Assembly (NCBI GenBank): GCA_038321985.1
Contig: JBBQFN010000012.1
Location: 32,001-96,000 of the forward strand
From: Cyanophyceae cyanobacterium
Lineage (GTDB): Bacteria > Cyanobacteriota > Cyanobacteriia > Cyanobacteriales > Laspinemataceae
Direction of reading: 5' to 3'
DNA length: 64,000 nucleotides
The notes beneath the pieces are model-generated. The model had not been told where the DNA came from and did no database searches. It saw only the letters and a program-made list of their open reading frames with translations. The position numbers were made by a program, and so were the translations under genes. Positions 61,926 through 64,000 of the stretch are shown piece after piece (position 1 is the first letter of the stretch; every line of letters begins with the position of its first letter).

Positions 61926-62885
61926 CCTCCTGTTTAGGCCCAGTGTTAATCCCTAAGCCAATGGGAGCGTGATTATTCCTTCTGATTATATCAAAAAACA
62001 CTCTGTGCTCAAATCAAGTTCATTAACCCTGATTTCCCTTAAAAGCCAAGATTGAAGTCAAAAACCAGGTTTTTTGGTGCAAACTGTATGACCGGTAGTT
62101 CCTTAAACTGATGCTTTTTATATTTTTTCTAGGGATATTACTTGGGTTATAGCGTTTATTTACTGGTCTTAAACCCAATCAATGCCTCTATAATCATCAG
62201 TTAATAGCCTACCTTTTTTAAAGTGAGCCTATCACTCGTCTAAATTTTTAACTCAAAATTGAGGGGGCGATCGCCATGCCTTAAAATTACTCGAAATTGA
62301 ACAGAGTGAGCCATGACAATTCTATCCCTAAAATCCATCTGGAAAAATAGGTTATCTGGTCTAAAATTTTCTCTACCCTAGGATAGATATTTGTTTAATT
62401 ATTATTTTCACTTAATGGAGAACATAAGTGAAATATTACTCGCATTTCTTAAATACGAGCTTACAAAATGCAGAGAGTCTGATTTTGAGGGCTAGTTCGA
62501 GCGTTCATAATTGAGAGAATTTTCACATTTAAGTAAGAATATGCCCCTTTTAGTTCATGGACTCCATCCAAAACAAATTTATTTTAAAATTCTCCCGTAA
62601 TTTTAGGGGCTTCACTCTTAAAGATAGGGTTCTGTGTCGGTTAAACCCTTGTGGAGTATAGATTTGATTTTTTTTAAGATGAAGATATCTTGACTCCTTC
62701 TCCCGGAAATCAGGCCGATCGCCCCCCATTTATTTCCAATATAGAACCCTCAATGACAGGGGATAGGCCCCGCGATCGCCGGGATTTTGAGAAAATTCTT
62801 TGATTGAGTGGGCAAATCGAAAATCATCGAGTAACATTGCTTAACATATCTAAGATTAGATTCTTCACAAGTAAGGAAAAAACTG

Positions 62886-63488
62886 ATGAACGCTAAAATT
62901 TGGAACGGTTTCAACAAAAAGATTGCTGTTTTTTTAGGGGTTGTAGGGACAAGTTTGATGGTGGGACTGCCGGTGGTAGCAAATGTTGACTCCGCAGCGG
63001 ATAACACGACAGATTCTAACGAGGTGCTCATGGAAGCCCCCCCGGAAAGAACCGAGAGCAACATGGACAGCAGTCAAAAGACAATTGTTGATATTGCAGC
63101 CGGTAATGAATCTTTCACCACCCTGACCGCTGCTTTAGAGGCAGCGGGTTTAACCGACACCCTATCCGGTGAAGGTCCCTTTACAGTTTTTGCACCCACC
63201 GATGAAGCATTTGCAGCTTTACCCGAAGGCACTTTAGAACAGTTATTGCAGCCGGAGAACCGCGATCTTCTGATTCAGGTTTTAACCTATCATGTAGTAC
63301 CCGGTTCGGTCATGTCTGGGGACCTAACAACTACAGCAGTTCCCAGCGTTGAAGGTCGGCCTATTAATGTGACGGTGGGTGACGATAGCGTTATGGTCAA
63401 TAGTGCTACGGTGGTTCAAGCCGATATCCAAGCAAGTAACGGCGTGATTCATGTCATTGACCAAGTAATCCTGCCTCCTCAAATGTAG
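62886..63488 (+). CDS. Secreted fasciclin (FAS1) domain protein
   Basis: Signal peptide, FTVFAPTDEAF, LTYHVV, NGVIHVIDQV. Confidence 0.95.
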   Translation: MNAKIWNGFNKKIAVFLGVVGTSLMVGLPVVANVDSAADNTTDSNEVLMEAPPERTESNMDSSQKTIVDIAAGNESFTTLTAALEAAGLTDTLSGEGPFTVFAPTDEAFAALPEGTLEQLLQPENRDLLIQVLTYHVVPGSVMSGDLTTTAVPSVEGRPINVTVGDDSVMVNSATVVQADIQASNGVIHVIDQVILPPQM

Positions 63489-63549
63489 AGAAAACGATGA
63501 TCATGGGGTTCTAATTTACTGATTTAGAACCTAGCGATTGAATCCGTGA

Positions 63550-63594
63550 GAAAGGGGGTTTGTTCGGCCATGAAAGAACAAACTTCCCTTTTTT
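63550..63594 (+). terminator. Probable terminator after the fasciclin gene
   Basis: AAAGGGGGTTTGTTC...GAACAAACTTCCCTTTTT hairpin followed by a T-run. Confidence 0.65.
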
Positions 63595-64000
63595 GGATGA
63601 GTGAGGGTCCGATTTAAGAAATTACCGTCCACTGGGTTTAGGGATTTCGATTAAGGTTTATCAAGTTTCCCAATCCTCCCGCAAAATGGCATAAAGTTTT
63701 ATATTCTATTGGCGGAGGATTCCTTCAAATTTCATCCCGACTTTTTCCAGAACCCGGGCTGAGGATAGATTGGCAACTTTACATCGAGTTTCAATCCGGT
63801 TTGAGTCTTTTTCTTGAAAGCCAAAGGCGATTAAGTTGCGATCGCCCTTATGAATAATGGCTCCTTAAAACTTTGAGGTATCTTATATTTTTTCATGATA
63901 AAATTTAAAAAACTTGGGTATTTTTTAGGAATTGATGGGGGCCAAGTTGTGTATTTCGATACTTCGGGTTCTGAGGCATATTCAAACAAATTCGGTGCAT

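Overview
Chromosomal window from a filamentous cyanobacterium, probably Oscillatoriales. Evidence: dense HIP1 GCGATCGC octamers plus ycf3, psbV, psbV2 and petJ. Core and metabolic genes: 3' part of a class I lysyl-tRNA synthetase, a PAP phosphatase, an HtpX-like protease, proA, mazG, two tRNA-Val genes flanking radC, pilD, gatC, ycf3, accD, psbV-psbV2-(CBS/GGDEF)-petJ, nagB-like, bcp and adhE. Nutrient and metal genes: pstSCAB, an ars cluster (arsR-pstS2-acr3-arsC), mntP, a Mn ABC transporter with ManR-like boxes, and a cobalamin riboswitch ahead of hupE/ureJ-cobW. The most notable accessory elements are five. (1) A divergent pair of apparently exported clan-CD proteases: a TPR-CHAT protein with ten near-identical 120-bp repeats that vary at a few fixed positions, and a Tat-signal caspase-like protein. 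(2) A GAF-LuxR/MAPEG pair followed by a solitary integron attC-like site, with no integrase in the window. (3) A second PstS inside the ars cluster, with adjacent ArsR-like and Pho-like boxes. (4) A Menshen-like defence triplet (DUF262, ATPase, RelE-like). (5) A GTAG-type REP repeat family, with one copy embedded in coding sequence. All calls come from motif recognition by eye; no database search was run.
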